A stretch of DNA of 44,735 bases from IMG/VR virus record IMGVR_UViG_3300020441_000009, positions 1 to 44,735 of that record. One strand, 5' to 3'. Below, in pieces: positions 12,401 through 22,121 of the stretch (position 1 is its first letter; each line of letters starts with the position of its first letter). The stretch comes from a virus. Lineage: Duplodnaviria; Caudoviricetes. The notes under the pieces were generated by a model. It was not told the origin of the DNA, ran no database searches, and saw nothing but the letters and a program-made list of their open reading frames with translations. Position numbers and translations under genes: made by a program.

Positions 12401-15400
12401 TTTATTATGGATATCTTGACTATGATCCTAGTGATGTTGGAGATATTACAACTGCAAACTCATATCAAAATTGTAACTATTCCACAGAAGTGCAATTGAC
12501 AAATGGGTTTAGAAACACTGATATTATTGATCTAAGACCAAGAGTATCTGATTATAATGTGACTGCTGGAGCAAGTTCACCATTTGAATTTGATGGTAGA
12601 TCATTTAATAATGATAATCACAGCAGCAAGCATGTTTTTGCAAGTGATGAATCATCCATCTTTGCATATGATTACTATCTTGGAAGAGCAGATAGATTGT
12701 ATCTTACAAGAAATGGTGACATCCAAGTAACTCTTGGTGCTCCTTCAGACAGACCAGAACTTCCTGATGTTCTTCCTGGAGCTCTGAATATTGCAAATGT
12801 GTTTAACCCACCTTATCTTTATTCTGTAAAAGATTCAAGGATTAAATTTGTAGAACATAAGAGATATCAAATGAATGATATCGCAAAACTTGAGAAGAGA
12901 ATTAAAAACCTTGAATATTATACTTCATTAAATCTCCTTGAGCAAAACACTCTAAACACATTTGTTTCAGACGCAAATGGTCTGAATAGATTTAAATCTG
13001 GTATCTTTATTGATAACTTCTCCTCTTACACACCTCAAGATGTAACTATTGGTGTAAGAAATAGTATTGATCCAGTTGAAAAAATATTAAGACCTGCACA
13101 TTATGCAACTGCTGTCAATCTACAAGTTGGAAGTTCTGCAATTCCTGGAATTGGAACTTTCACAACAACAAACACTGATTCAAGATTTACATCTCTTTCA
13201 GGACAGAATGTTCAGAGAACTGGAAATGTAATTAGTTTAAGATACACTGAACTTGCTGAGATTTCACAACCTTATGCTACTAGAGTTGTAAATGTAACTC
13301 CATTCCTGGTTGACTTTTATCAAGGAAGTATTGCTTTGAATCCAACTACTGATGTATGGGTAAGCACACTTCCTCCAGAGACTAATGATGTAGTTATTGA
13401 GGGTAACTTTGAATCTGTTGCTCAAGCCCTTCAAGCAGAGGTAACAGATGGTGATGATGGTCTTAGAACTGGTGTAGCACCAACATTGTGGAATTCATGG
13501 GAGACCACTGGAATCAATCTTGATCTCTCTGGGACAACTCAAACTGAAACATTTAATGCTGCTTCAAGAAGAACTGGAAGATCAACAGGAGACTTGGGAA
13601 TTGGTGGATTTAATGCCAACCTCTCAACTATTAATTCAACCACTATTGATGGAACAATTAATATTGAGCAGAACAGAACAGGTGTTCAGCAAACTGTTAA
13701 TGAAGTTCTTACAGAGGCAGCATCACTTGGATCTAGAATTGTAAACAGATCTATCTCCAATTTCATGAGGGAGAGAAACATTGAGTTTACAGCAACTAGA
13801 ATGAAACCAAATACTCAGGTATTTTCATTCTTTGACAATGTAAATGTAACTACAAGATGCACTCCTAAACTGGTTCAGATAGTTATGAATTCTGGTACAT
13901 TCCAGGTTGGTGAAGAAGTTGTTGGAACTATTCCAGGATCAAATGGAGAAGGACTTGGTGCTGTGGATGCTACATCAATTAGATTTAGAGTTGCTGCTGC
14001 TAATCACAAGTATGGACCATTTAATAATCCTACTGATTTCTATGACAGTAATCCCTATCTGAGAAGTAATGCTATTCCTTCAGTTTACTCAGCTGAGAGC
14101 ACAATTCTTAACATTGATACTGCAAGTCTGGCATCAGAAGAAAATCCAACTCTTAGAGGTCATATTACCACCACCATGGTTCTTAGAGGTCAGACGAGTG
14201 GTGCTGAAGCAACTGTAACTAATGTAAATCTTATTACTGATAGAGTTGGTACTTTAATTGGTTGCTTTAATGTCCCAGGTGAAGGAGATTTTTCACAACA
14301 AACATTTAATACTGGGAGAAATGTATTCAAACTTTCCAGTAGCGCTATAAACAGCACTATTGAGGGAACATCTACCACTGCAGCAGAAGAAATCTTCTAT
14401 TCACAAGGTGATATTGATACAACTGAAGAGGTAACACTCTCACTTAGAAATGCAAGAGTAACCACAGTAGAAGTGGAAGCAGAGACACAAACTGTTGAGT
14501 CTGATGTAAACTTTGACATCATTAACAGCAGAACTCTTAGACCAACACCTCCACCCCCACCCCCACCAAGACCCCCCAGAAGAGGTGACCCTCTTGCACA
14601 AACCTTTAAAATTGATTCTAAGTCAGGAATCTATGCAACTAAGGTAGACCTTTTCTTCCAAACAAAAGATGAAATTCTTCCTGTCACTGTTCAGATTAGG
14701 GAGACAACAATGGGTACTCCTAACAAGAATATCCTTGGATATTCTGAGGTGACTTTAGATCCTGATGATGTTAATATTTCTGAAGATGGCACAGTAGCAA
14801 CTGAATTTAGATTTGAGTCACCTGTATATCTAAGACCTGGTGCTGATTATGCACTGGTTGTCATGTCAAGTGTTACAACATATAATCTTTGGATTTCAAG
14901 ACTTGGTGAAGCAGATGTAACAACTCTTGCAACAGAGTCTGGTAGAGTTCTGGTTACTGAGCAACCTCTCCTAGGTTCATTATTCAAATCACAGAATGCA
15001 AAAGTTTGGACACCAAGTCAATATGAGGATATGAAGTTTGTCCTTCATAGAGGTGACTTTGTAGGATCTGGAAATGTTCAATTCTATAATCCAGAACTTG
15101 ATGAAAAGAATGAAGCAATTCCGCCTGGTGCCATTATTGCTGAATCAAGACAAATCAGCGTTGGTATTGGAACAACTGTCAATCAAGATGGTGCCTCTAA
15201 TCCTCTTGTTGTGGGAAATAAGATTATTCAAAGAAACACTGGAGCATATGGTTTCATAAAACAATTTGCTGGTATTGTTACTGGTAGTATGAGTGTAACT
15301 TCCTCTGGTATTGGATTTACACCATCTGCAGGATCATTTACATTCACTGGTGTTGGTTTGACAGCAGTGACTGGAACAGGAATTAACGCCACTGCAGATA

Positions 15401-17073
15401 TCACAATTCTTGATGGTGTAGCAATTGCAGCAACAGTTAGAAGTGGTGGTAGTAATTATGTTGTTGGTGATGTTCTCAAACCCATTACAGTAGGGACAAA
15501 AGGTCTTGGTGCTGGAGCTGAATTTACAGTTGGAGTTCTCACTGCTTTCAATTCATTGCTCCTTAAAAATGTCCAAGGTGATTTCAGCACAAACGCTCTT
15601 GATTATCTTGAATATGAATCAACTGCTGGAACAAGATTGTCAATAAATGCTGGTGCTTTTGGATCTGTTGTACCAACAAGCACTGTGGTTATTTCTGATG
15701 GTTTACACCTTAAGATTAATCAGAGAAATCATGGAATGTATGAAAATACTAATAGAGTACAAATAAAAGGTGTAAGAGGAACTAGCAAACCCACAAGTCT
15801 CTTGACAAACATTGCAAGAGATACAACTGCAAATATCTCAATTGCAAATACTAATGGGTTTGAGACATTTGAAAATGTTGGTGTTTCAAACACTAACCCA
15901 GGATATGTTCAAATTGGAGATGAGATTATTAAATATGAGGGTGTAACCTCTGGTACAGGTGTTACTGGAACATTGACTGGTATTGGTAGAGCAGCAGAAG
16001 GTATTGCTGCAAGTCATGTTGTAAATGATTTTGTAACTAAGTATGAATTTAATGGTGTATCATTAAGAAGAATTAATAGAATTCACAATCTTAGTGAAGT
16101 GACTAAAAATGAACCATTGGCAATTGACTCTTATCATGTAAAGATCAATATGGCAGAAAATGGAACTAATAGAACTGGTGCTGGTGGTACATTTACTCCT
16201 AAGACAAATTATGTAACAGATGGTACAACAAACGCAAATACTGCCAAAGGATCATATAATATTCCTTATTCCTTAATTGTCCCTGATATTACATCAACCT
16301 CACCTGAAGGTGCATACATCCTTGCTTCTGCAAGAACAATTTCTGAGACATCTGTCTCTGGTAATGAGGTTGCTTTCATTGATCAAGGTTTCCAAGATGT
16401 TCAGTTCAATAAAAAGAACTATTTTGAATCTCAGAGAATGGTTGCATCTAATGTTAATGAAACTGAAGTTCTATCTGCCAGCACTTCACTTCCTGGCAAT
16501 AAGTCATTCACCCTTAATCTTGATCTTTTAACTTATGATAGAAGAATTTCACCAATGGTTGATTTGAATCATTCATCTGTTGTATTCGTATCTAACAGAG
16601 TTGATGGTCCAATCACTAATTTTGCTCAAGATCCAAGAGTTGTTGGCATTCCTGATGATCCTAACAGCATGATTTATGTTACTAAAAATGTTACTCTTGA
16701 GAACCCTGCAACATCTTTAAAAGTGTTTATTGATGCTTATATTGCTAATACAAGTGATGTAAGAATTTTCTATGCACTTGATCAAGATGTAAGTGCAAAT
16801 GAAACTAAGTTTAAACCATTCCCAGGTATTAATAATATTGACCCATATGGTCAGGTAATTAATCCTGCAGCTTCAGATGGAACGCCTGACACAAGAAAGG
16901 AGAAGAATGACAAATTGACTCAAACTCCTGCTTTAAATGACTTTACTGAATATAAATTCACTATGGATAATCTCCCTCCATTCAAGTCATTTAGACTTAA
17001 ACTGATTGGAACATCTACAAATCAGGCAGTTGTTCCACAATTTAGAAACCTTAGAGCAATTGCATTGGCATGA
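9472..17073 (+). CDS. Large virion structural protein (VrlC-like / DUF4815-type)
   Basis: N-terminus 'MPQETNLNVAPYFDDFD..KNYNKVLFKP..PIQARELN', plus 'APGADRL', 'LEKRIKNLEYYTSL', 'RFKSGIFIDNF', 'DPLAQTF' and C-terminal 'PQFRNLRAIALA'; position after gp8 matches cyanomyoviruses. Confidence 0.8.
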   Translation: MPQETNLNVAPYFDDFDATKNYNKVLFKPAYPIQARELNNIQSILQGQIEAMGDNIFKEGSVVIPGNSSYKPRFHCVQIQSEFLGVPVNLYLDNLVGKKIIGRTSGITAKVVTYITNQQSDNGNYTLYLNYEDSSDDGNSTEFFFDDEILVTQTPLEFGNSFISAGEGFANTIISGAARTGTAFTQSAGIFYLRGNFVTVDDQILILDQYTTASSYRIGFQIEEKIITADDDGDLYDNASGFNNFTAPGADRLQIIARLAKKAINNFDSQGFVQVAEVQNGSLKNAINNSPQYNELGNELAKRTFDESGHYYIKELQTKIKESLNNLEGNRGVYREDQLTQGGNVPSDDQMIYQVSPGRAYVRGFETEIKSPQFLDVPKPRTARTMANTGVTFDFAPTLKVNNVTGNAPIGFNTSNTLSLRSQRVGLNKFNAPGEEIGKARVYDFALESGAYDVANSNINQWDLSIFDIEFKNEIVLNVDASLTKSSIVEGKQSGAIGYVHTSSTGIAHTLFNVRGEFVRGEPVFLNGDEDQRRFLVSTRQYSLSDVKAVRGIVGTANTFTADIIQSPILTFDNARISASSVGVSTVTVPALDGGTFVGVVTTGNLITYERPGLFDVSMARVVAVGSSNFEISGVTTVTGVVDGQLPSSIFDANDLKIVTTKLADSSNSGNDAGKNSLYTTLPNQNVKSVNLNGSNITIRVKKNITISTAGETGAIGVDDIDNQIWTNFDEERYSLQNDDGTTQVLTSDKFSFNAARTELTIKGLTGNGPAVLIGTVLQSKVTAKIKRKNIVTKISIDKSIDPTSGIDAVGFAGTTLNDGLTHGDFPFGTRVQDDTISLNKADAYTVHAIYESIDVNDPSAPTLTISNATGPSGNTNDLSIGEVFIGNLSNAKAVYLEKNSTSSITFAYLNNKQFQSGEIISFGTSGVQANTSEITAGSPNVTSSFEFDNGQRSDIYDISRVIRKAKSHVPTKKLIIYYGYLDYDPSDVGDITTANSYQNCNYSTEVQLTNGFRNTDIIDLRPRVSDYNVTAGASSPFEFDGRSFNNDNHSSKHVFASDESSIFAYDYYLGRADRLYLTRNGDIQVTLGAPSDRPELPDVLPGALNIANVFNPPYLYSVKDSRIKFVEHKRYQMNDIAKLEKRIKNLEYYTSLNLLEQNTLNTFVSDANGLNRFKSGIFIDNFSSYTPQDVTIGVRNSIDPVEKILRPAHYATAVNLQVGSSAIPGIGTFTTTNTDSRFTSLSGQNVQRTGNVISLRYTELAEISQPYATRVVNVTPFLVDFYQGSIALNPTTDVWVSTLPPETNDVVIEGNFESVAQALQAEVTDGDDGLRTGVAPTLWNSWETTGINLDLSGTTQTETFNAASRRTGRSTGDLGIGGFNANLSTINSTTIDGTINIEQNRTGVQQTVNEVLTEAASLGSRIVNRSISNFMRERNIEFTATRMKPNTQVFSFFDNVNVTTRCTPKLVQIVMNSGTFQVGEEVVGTIPGSNGEGLGAVDATSIRFRVAAANHKYGPFNNPTDFYDSNPYLRSNAIPSVYSAESTILNIDTASLASEENPTLRGHITTTMVLRGQTSGAEATVTNVNLITDRVGTLIGCFNVPGEGDFSQQTFNTGRNVFKLSSSAINSTIEGTSTTAAEEIFYSQGDIDTTEEVTLSLRNARVTTVEVEAETQTVESDVNFDIINSRTLRPTPPPPPPPRPPRRGDPLAQTFKIDSKSGIYATKVDLFFQTKDEILPVTVQIRETTMGTPNKNILGYSEVTLDPDDVNISEDGTVATEFRFESPVYLRPGADYALVVMSSVTTYNLWISRLGEADVTTLATESGRVLVTEQPLLGSLFKSQNAKVWTPSQYEDMKFVLHRGDFVGSGNVQFYNPELDEKNEAIPPGAIIAESRQISVGIGTTVNQDGASNPLVVGNKIIQRNTGAYGFIKQFAGIVTGSMSVTSSGIGFTPSAGSFTFTGVGLTAVTGTGINATADITILDGVAIAATVRSGGSNYVVGDVLKPITVGTKGLGAGAEFTVGVLTAFNSLLLKNVQGDFSTNALDYLEYESTAGTRLSINAGAFGSVVPTSTVVISDGLHLKINQRNHGMYENTNRVQIKGVRGTSKPTSLLTNIARDTTANISIANTNGFETFENVGVSNTNPGYVQIGDEIIKYEGVTSGTGVTGTLTGIGRAAEGIAASHVVNDFVTKYEFNGVSLRRINRIHNLSEVTKNEPLAIDSYHVKINMAENGTNRTGAGGTFTPKTNYVTDGTTNANTAKGSYNIPYSLIVPDITSTSPEGAYILASARTISETSVSGNEVAFIDQGFQDVQFNKKNYFESQRMVASNVNETEVLSASTSLPGNKSFTLNLDLLTYDRRISPMVDLNHSSVVFVSNRVDGPITNFAQDPRVVGIPDDPNSMIYVTKNVTLENPATSLKVFIDAYIANTSDVRIFYALDQDVSANETKFKPFPGINNIDPYGQVINPAASDGTPDTRKEKNDKLTQTPALNDFTEYKFTMDNLPPFKSFRLKLIGTSTNQAVVPQFRNLRAIALA
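14542..14580 (+). repeat. C-rich low-complexity tract encoding poly-proline linker PTPPPPPPPRPPR
   Basis: ccaacacctccacccccacccccaccaagaccccccaga, immediately before the DPLAQTF motif. Confidence 0.8.
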
Positions 17074-17291
17074 GTTATATTCCTGTTGAGGGCAATAAAA
17101 ATTTGTCCAGAGATGGCAGAACAAATGCCATCATTAATACAAATAAAAATGAATTTGAATCATACATAAAAAATAGGGAGAAACTTAAATCTAATACAGA
17201 AAGAGTTGACTCCCTTGAAAGAAAAGTTGATGATTTGAAAGGTGATCTAGATGAAATCAAATCAATGTTAAAAGCAGTAATCAATGGCTAA
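17070..17291 (+). CDS. Small coiled-coil protein, probably virion-associated
   Basis: 73 aa; ATGA overlap with the upstream stop; 'VEGNKNLSRD..TNAIIN' followed by a heptad-like C-terminal half. Confidence 0.75.
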   Translation: MSYIPVEGNKNLSRDGRTNAIINTNKNEFESYIKNREKLKSNTERVDSLERKVDDLKGDLDEIKSMLKAVING

Positions 17292-17670
17292 CAACACTAT
17301 CACCTTTAATCCAAATTCTAATGCTGCGTATGGTGTAAACCTTACAATATTAGAGGGTGCTGACTTTAGATCCACATTTAAAGTCAATAAAGAAAACAAG
17401 TCTGCTTTTGATTTATCTGGTTATGCAATCCATGCAAAGATGAAAAAAAGTGTTTCCATTGGATCATCAACTGGTGGTATTCAAGGATTCACTGCAGGCA
17501 TAACCAGTGCTGCTGGTGGTGAATTTAATATTTCACTTACAGATACTATAACAAAAGATTTGAAACCAGGAAGATATTATTATGATATTAATGTTGTTAG
17601 TTCAGCATCTACAGTTTATAAGATGGTGTCTGGAAATGTAGTAGTAGAGGGGGGTCTCCCAGTCTCCTAA
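17284..17670 (+). CDS. Small beta-rich virion structural protein
   Basis: 128 aa with 'NLTILEGADF', 'ISLTDT.T..LKPGRYYYDI' and 'G.V.V', a pattern common in small phage structural beta-sandwich proteins. Confidence 0.7.
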   Translation: MANNTITFNPNSNAAYGVNLTILEGADFRSTFKVNKENKSAFDLSGYAIHAKMKKSVSIGSSTGGIQGFTAGITSAAGGEFNISLTDTITKDLKPGRYYYDINVVSSASTVYKMVSGNVVVEGGLPVS

Positions 17671-17673
17671 ATA
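17666..17673 (+). promoter_or_regulatory. Late promoter variant (CCTAAATA) for gp13
   Basis: TAAATA core overlapping the upstream stop codon, ending 21 nt before the gp13 ATG. Confidence 0.6.
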
Positions 17674-17694
17674 TAAAAAAGGATATAGTGTATA

Positions 17695-18558
17695 ATGGCA
17701 CAACCTTCTTCAAGACAAGAACTTATAGATTATTGCTTAAGACAGTTAGGTGCCCCTGTCTTAGAAATTAATGTCGCTGAAGAACAACTTCAAGACTTGA
17801 TGGATGATGCCATTCAACATTTTCAAGAAAGGCATTATGATGGTGTTGAAAAGACATTTTTAAAATATCAAATTACTGAAAAAGATGTTGAGAGAGGTAA
17901 AGCAAGACCTCCTGGAGCATCCAGTGCAACAACACAAACTGGAATTACATCAACTACAGTTAACACCACAGTTGGTGGTGATTCTACAAACTTTGCTTAT
18001 TATGAGAACAGCAATTATATTCAGATTCCACCTCAAGTAATAGGTATTGAAAAGATATTTAAGTATGATGATGCTCAGGCAGCAAGTAGTTCCAATATGT
18101 TCAGTTTCAAGTATCAATTGTTCTTGAATGACATTTACTACTTTGGAAGCACTGACCTGCTATCATATCAAATGTCAATGAGTTATTTGGAGACAATGGA
18201 TTATCTCCTGAATACTCATAAGAGAATTAGATTTAATATTAGACAAGATAGAATGTATCTTGATGTTGATTGGGATAATTTGAAGGAAGATGAGTTCATC
18301 ATCCTTGAATGTTACAGAGCACTGAATCCTAATGATTTCACAAGAGTGTATAATGATCCATTCCTGAAGAGATATTTAACTTCTCTTATCAAGAGACAGT
18401 GGGGTCAAAACCTTATCAAATTCACTGGTGTAAAACTACCTGGAGGCATTGAATTCAATGGAAGGCAACTCTTTGATGATGCTCAAAGAGAACTTGATGA
18501 AATAAAGGTTGAAATGCTAAGTAAGTATGAGTTACCACCAATGGATATGATAGGTTGA
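17695..18558 (+). CDS. gp13: Neck protein gp13
   Basis: 'RQELIDYCLRQLGAPVLEINV', 'KRQWGQNLIKFTGVKLPGGIEFNG', C-terminal 'PPMDMIG'. Confidence 0.92.
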   Translation: MAQPSSRQELIDYCLRQLGAPVLEINVAEEQLQDLMDDAIQHFQERHYDGVEKTFLKYQITEKDVERGKARPPGASSATTQTGITSTTVNTTVGGDSTNFAYYENSNYIQIPPQVIGIEKIFKYDDAQAASSSNMFSFKYQLFLNDIYYFGSTDLLSYQMSMSYLETMDYLLNTHKRIRFNIRQDRMYLDVDWDNLKEDEFIILECYRALNPNDFTRVYNDPFLKRYLTSLIKRQWGQNLIKFTGVKLPGGIEFNGRQLFDDAQRELDEIKVEMLSKYELPPMDMIG

Positions 18559-18562
18559 TGTT

Positions 18563-21073
18563 ATGCTCAATCCATATTTTCTAAACAACTCTAAGCAAGA
18601 GCAGAATCTCATACAAAGTCTAGTCAACGAACAGTTGCAGATGTATGGGATTGAAATCTATTACATCCCAAGAAGGTATGTCAAGAAAAACACTGTTATA
18701 AGAGAAGTAATTCAATCTGAGTTTGACAATGCATATCCTATTGAAGCATATCTTGATAGTTATGAAGGATATGGTGGTCAGGGAACAATCCTGTCAAAGT
18801 TTGGTATTGAAGAGCAGGATGATCTGACATTAGTTGTATCAAGAGAGAGATATGAAAATTATGTTACACCTCTTATCAAGGATATTCCTAATATTGAACT
18901 TGCAACTAGACCAAAGGAAGGTGATTTAATTTACTTTCCACTTGGTGACAGGTTGTTTGAGATTAATTATGTTGAACATGAGCAACCATTCTATCAATTA
19001 CAGAAGAACTACGTTTATACCCTCAAGTGTCAACTTTACAGATATGAGGATGAGGTTCTTGACACTGGCGTAGAGACAATTGATGATGAGATTGAACAGA
19101 TTGGATACATCCAGAAACTACAACTGATTGGTGTTGCATTACCAGCAACTGCATCAATTGCTGGTATTTGCTCTGGTGCTATTAGTGGAATTAATATTAC
19201 AAATATGGGAGGTGGTTACACTTCACAGCCAACAGTTGCTATTTCATCTGCTCCTGCAGGTGGTGTAGATGCTGAGGCAGTAGCAGTTCTTACCAGTGAT
19301 TATATTGGTTGTGATGGGACAAAAGGTGGAACTATAACAGCAATTCATCTGACAAATCCTGGTTGTGGATATACTGTAAATCCAATCATAACAATCACAG
19401 GAGGGGGTGGTGATGGTGCTGCTGCTAAGGTTGTGGGTATTGAGACTATTGGAGGCATACATCCAATCACTGTTACCTCAGGTGGTAGTGGGTATGTTGG
19501 TGCTCCCACTGTTGGTATATCAACCCCAGTTCATGTTGGAGCATTAGGAACAGCAATTTTAGATTCTCCAATAGTAGGTGGAGGTGTAAGCGTTATTTCT
19601 GCCAATGTAACTATTGGTGTAGCAACTTATCTTTTCCCAGGAGGAGTATTTGGTGGTGCATTCTATAAACAGGCACCCTCAGTTGTATTTGATTTACCAA
19701 CAGGAAGTGGAAATAATGCTCAGGCAACAACCACCCTTGATAGTATTGCAGAAACTGGAGGAACAGTAGAAACCATTGGATTGACAACTGGAGGCAAATT
19801 CTATACAAGTGTTCCAGGAGTTACACTTACTCATCCAGGAACAAGTGTTGCTTCTGCAACCATAGGAATTACTGGAACATCTATAAATCCAGCTTCTATT
19901 GCCTTTAGCACTACAGGTAGAGCATATAGAACTGCACCTACTGTTGCAATCACTACATCTGGAACTATGGATGCACCAACAGTTACTGCTGTTGGTATTG
20001 CAACAATACATCCTATTACTGGTATAGTCACTGCAGTTTCCTTTAATAATGATGATGCTTGGGCAGTTGGAACAAGTGCAACAATTGGAGCAGGATATAC
20101 TGTTGCTCCTACAATATCTTTCAGTGGAAGTCCATCACCAATTCAAGCGACAGCATCTGTCACTGTTTCTGTTGCAGGAACTGTAAGTTCAATTAGTATT
20201 GGAAATAGTGGATATGGATATATTACTGCCCCAACTGTAACTATTGGTGGTCCTGGCGGTGCAAATGAACAATTTAGAGCACTTGGATTTACAACTATTA
20301 GATTCAATTCAATATCAACAACTGGAACCTTATCTACTACATCTACAACTATTACAGGTATAACCACTACAAATATAGTTGTTGGTGATAGAGTCAGACT
20401 TGCTGTAGGTCATGATAAATTTTATAACTTTGTAAAGGGAGGCACTTTTGTAAGTGGAATTGGTGCTGGTTCAATTACAATCAATCAAGCATCAACAAAT
20501 GTTGGAATTGCAACTTCAGTGTTTGAATTTGGTATTGATCAATGTGGTATTGTTACAGGCATTGGAGTTACATATGGTGGAGGAGGTTATTTGTCTACAC
20601 CTGTAGTAACAATCTCTAATGATTCAAGATTTAAGAATTATGTTGACATTCAACCAGGTGTTGCAACAGCAATTGGAGTTGCAAACACAAGTGCTGCTGG
20701 TGTTGTTACAAGTGTAACAATTACAAACAGTGGTAGTCAATATGTGTTAACACCAACTATCACAATTTCTGAACCTGTTTCTACAAGCACTGGTTCATTT
20801 ATATTCAATGAAGTTGTAACTGGAGCAACCTCTGGAACAACTGCAAGAGTCAAGTCTTATGATGCTGCTAACAATGTTCTTGAGGTATCCATTGTTGATG
20901 GTACATTCACACCAGGTGAAACAATTGTTGGTCAAGAATCTGGTGCTAGACATTCAATGAAAACGCAAGATAAGTTTGATACTGTTGATCCATTTGCTGA
21001 TAATGATAATATTGAACTCAGAGCAGATGATATCATTGACTTCAGTAAGACAAATCCCTTTGGAATGCCTTAA
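18563..21073 (+). CDS. gp14: Neck protein gp14 with a large internal repeat expansion
   Basis: N-terminal gp14 core ('EQNLIQSLVNEQLQMYG..YYIPR', 'RPKEGDLIYFP..LFEI.YVEHEQPFYQL') and C-terminal 'DIIDFS.TNPFG'; about 550 aa of GxGY..P.V.I repeats in between. Confidence 0.88.
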   Translation: MLNPYFLNNSKQEQNLIQSLVNEQLQMYGIEIYYIPRRYVKKNTVIREVIQSEFDNAYPIEAYLDSYEGYGGQGTILSKFGIEEQDDLTLVVSRERYENYVTPLIKDIPNIELATRPKEGDLIYFPLGDRLFEINYVEHEQPFYQLQKNYVYTLKCQLYRYEDEVLDTGVETIDDEIEQIGYIQKLQLIGVALPATASIAGICSGAISGINITNMGGGYTSQPTVAISSAPAGGVDAEAVAVLTSDYIGCDGTKGGTITAIHLTNPGCGYTVNPIITITGGGGDGAAAKVVGIETIGGIHPITVTSGGSGYVGAPTVGISTPVHVGALGTAILDSPIVGGGVSVISANVTIGVATYLFPGGVFGGAFYKQAPSVVFDLPTGSGNNAQATTTLDSIAETGGTVETIGLTTGGKFYTSVPGVTLTHPGTSVASATIGITGTSINPASIAFSTTGRAYRTAPTVAITTSGTMDAPTVTAVGIATIHPITGIVTAVSFNNDDAWAVGTSATIGAGYTVAPTISFSGSPSPIQATASVTVSVAGTVSSISIGNSGYGYITAPTVTIGGPGGANEQFRALGFTTIRFNSISTTGTLSTTSTTITGITTTNIVVGDRVRLAVGHDKFYNFVKGGTFVSGIGAGSITINQASTNVGIATSVFEFGIDQCGIVTGIGVTYGGGGYLSTPVVTISNDSRFKNYVDIQPGVATAIGVANTSAAGVVTSVTITNSGSQYVLTPTITISEPVSTSTGSFIFNEVVTGATSGTTARVKSYDAANNVLEVSIVDGTFTPGETIVGQESGARHSMKTQDKFDTVDPFADNDNIELRADDIIDFSKTNPFGMP

Positions 21074-21083
21074 TTAAAAAGTT

Positions 21084-21091
21084 GTTAAATA
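21084..21091 (+). promoter_or_regulatory. Late promoter variant (GTTAAATA) for gp15
   Basis: TAAATA core in the 40-nt intergenic gap before the ATG at 21114. Confidence 0.6.
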
Positions 21092-21113
21092 GTATTGTAA
21101 CAGTAATGACACC

Positions 21114-22121
21114 ATGTTTGAGCATTTCTATAATGAGATCTTCAGATCTGTAATCATAGCATTTGGATCTTTATTCAATGGAATTGAAATTCATAAGAAG
21201 GATGCAAATGATGATACTTACAGTGTCATCAAAGTTCCTCTTGCTTATGGACCTACTCAAAAGTTTCTGGCAAGATTAGAGCAGCAGGAAGATCTAAACA
21301 AACCTGTTCAAATGACTCTTCCTAGAATGTCATTTGAGTTTACTGATCTGACATATGATCCTGGTAGAAAAGCAACTCAAACACAAGCTTTTCATCCTGT
21401 AACTACTAGTGGAACAAAGACCAAAAAGGTCTACATGCCTGTTCCATATAACATGGGTTTTGAACTGTCAATCATGACAAAGTTAAATGATGACATGCTT
21501 CAAATTACTGAACAGATTTTACCTTACTTTCAACCATCGTATACATTACCCATCAAACTTCTAGGTGAACTTAAAGAGGTTGTTAATGTTCCAGTTCAAC
21601 TGGAAAATGTATCAATGGTTGATGACTATGAAGGAAACTTTGATACAAGAAGAGTACTACTTTATACTTTAAGATTTACTGCTAAAACAAATCTGTATGG
21701 TCCCATCACTGATGTCTCTACTGATGTCATCAAGAAGGTACAGATTGGATATGTTTCTGGTAATAGAACAACTGCTGGTCAGGCATATGAGAGAGATGTC
21801 ACTTACAGAGTTGTTCCTAGAGCAACCAAAGATTACAATGGTAATGTATTGACTGAGATATCTGAAGATGTTGATACTACAGAAACTGTGATTACAGTGG
21901 CAAATGGTTCATCAATTACTGTGAAACAATATATCACAATTGGTGAGGAAGAGATGTTTGTTGAAAAGGTTAATGGCAATAAGATAACTGTCAATAGAGC
22001 ACAAGATAAAACCACTGCTACAAATCATGCTCTTGGAGCATCTATCTTTGGCATTGAGGCAGCAGATGCTGACTTCATTGATATTGGGGACAACTTTGGA
22101 TTTGATGGGAGTACATTCTAA
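21114..22121 (+). CDS. gp15: Tail sheath stabilizer / completion protein gp15
   Basis: 'FYNEIFRSVIIAFGSLFN', 'KVPLAYGPTQKFLARL', 'LPRMSFE', 'QITEQILPYFQP'; carries an extra C-terminal domain. Confidence 0.92.
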   Translation: MFEHFYNEIFRSVIIAFGSLFNGIEIHKKDANDDTYSVIKVPLAYGPTQKFLARLEQQEDLNKPVQMTLPRMSFEFTDLTYDPGRKATQTQAFHPVTTSGTKTKKVYMPVPYNMGFELSIMTKLNDDMLQITEQILPYFQPSYTLPIKLLGELKEVVNVPVQLENVSMVDDYEGNFDTRRVLLYTLRFTAKTNLYGPITDVSTDVIKKVQIGYVSGNRTTAGQAYERDVTYRVVPRATKDYNGNVLTEISEDVDTTETVITVANGSSITVKQYITIGEEEMFVEKVNGNKITVNRAQDKTTATNHALGASIFGIEAADADFIDIGDNFGFDGSTF

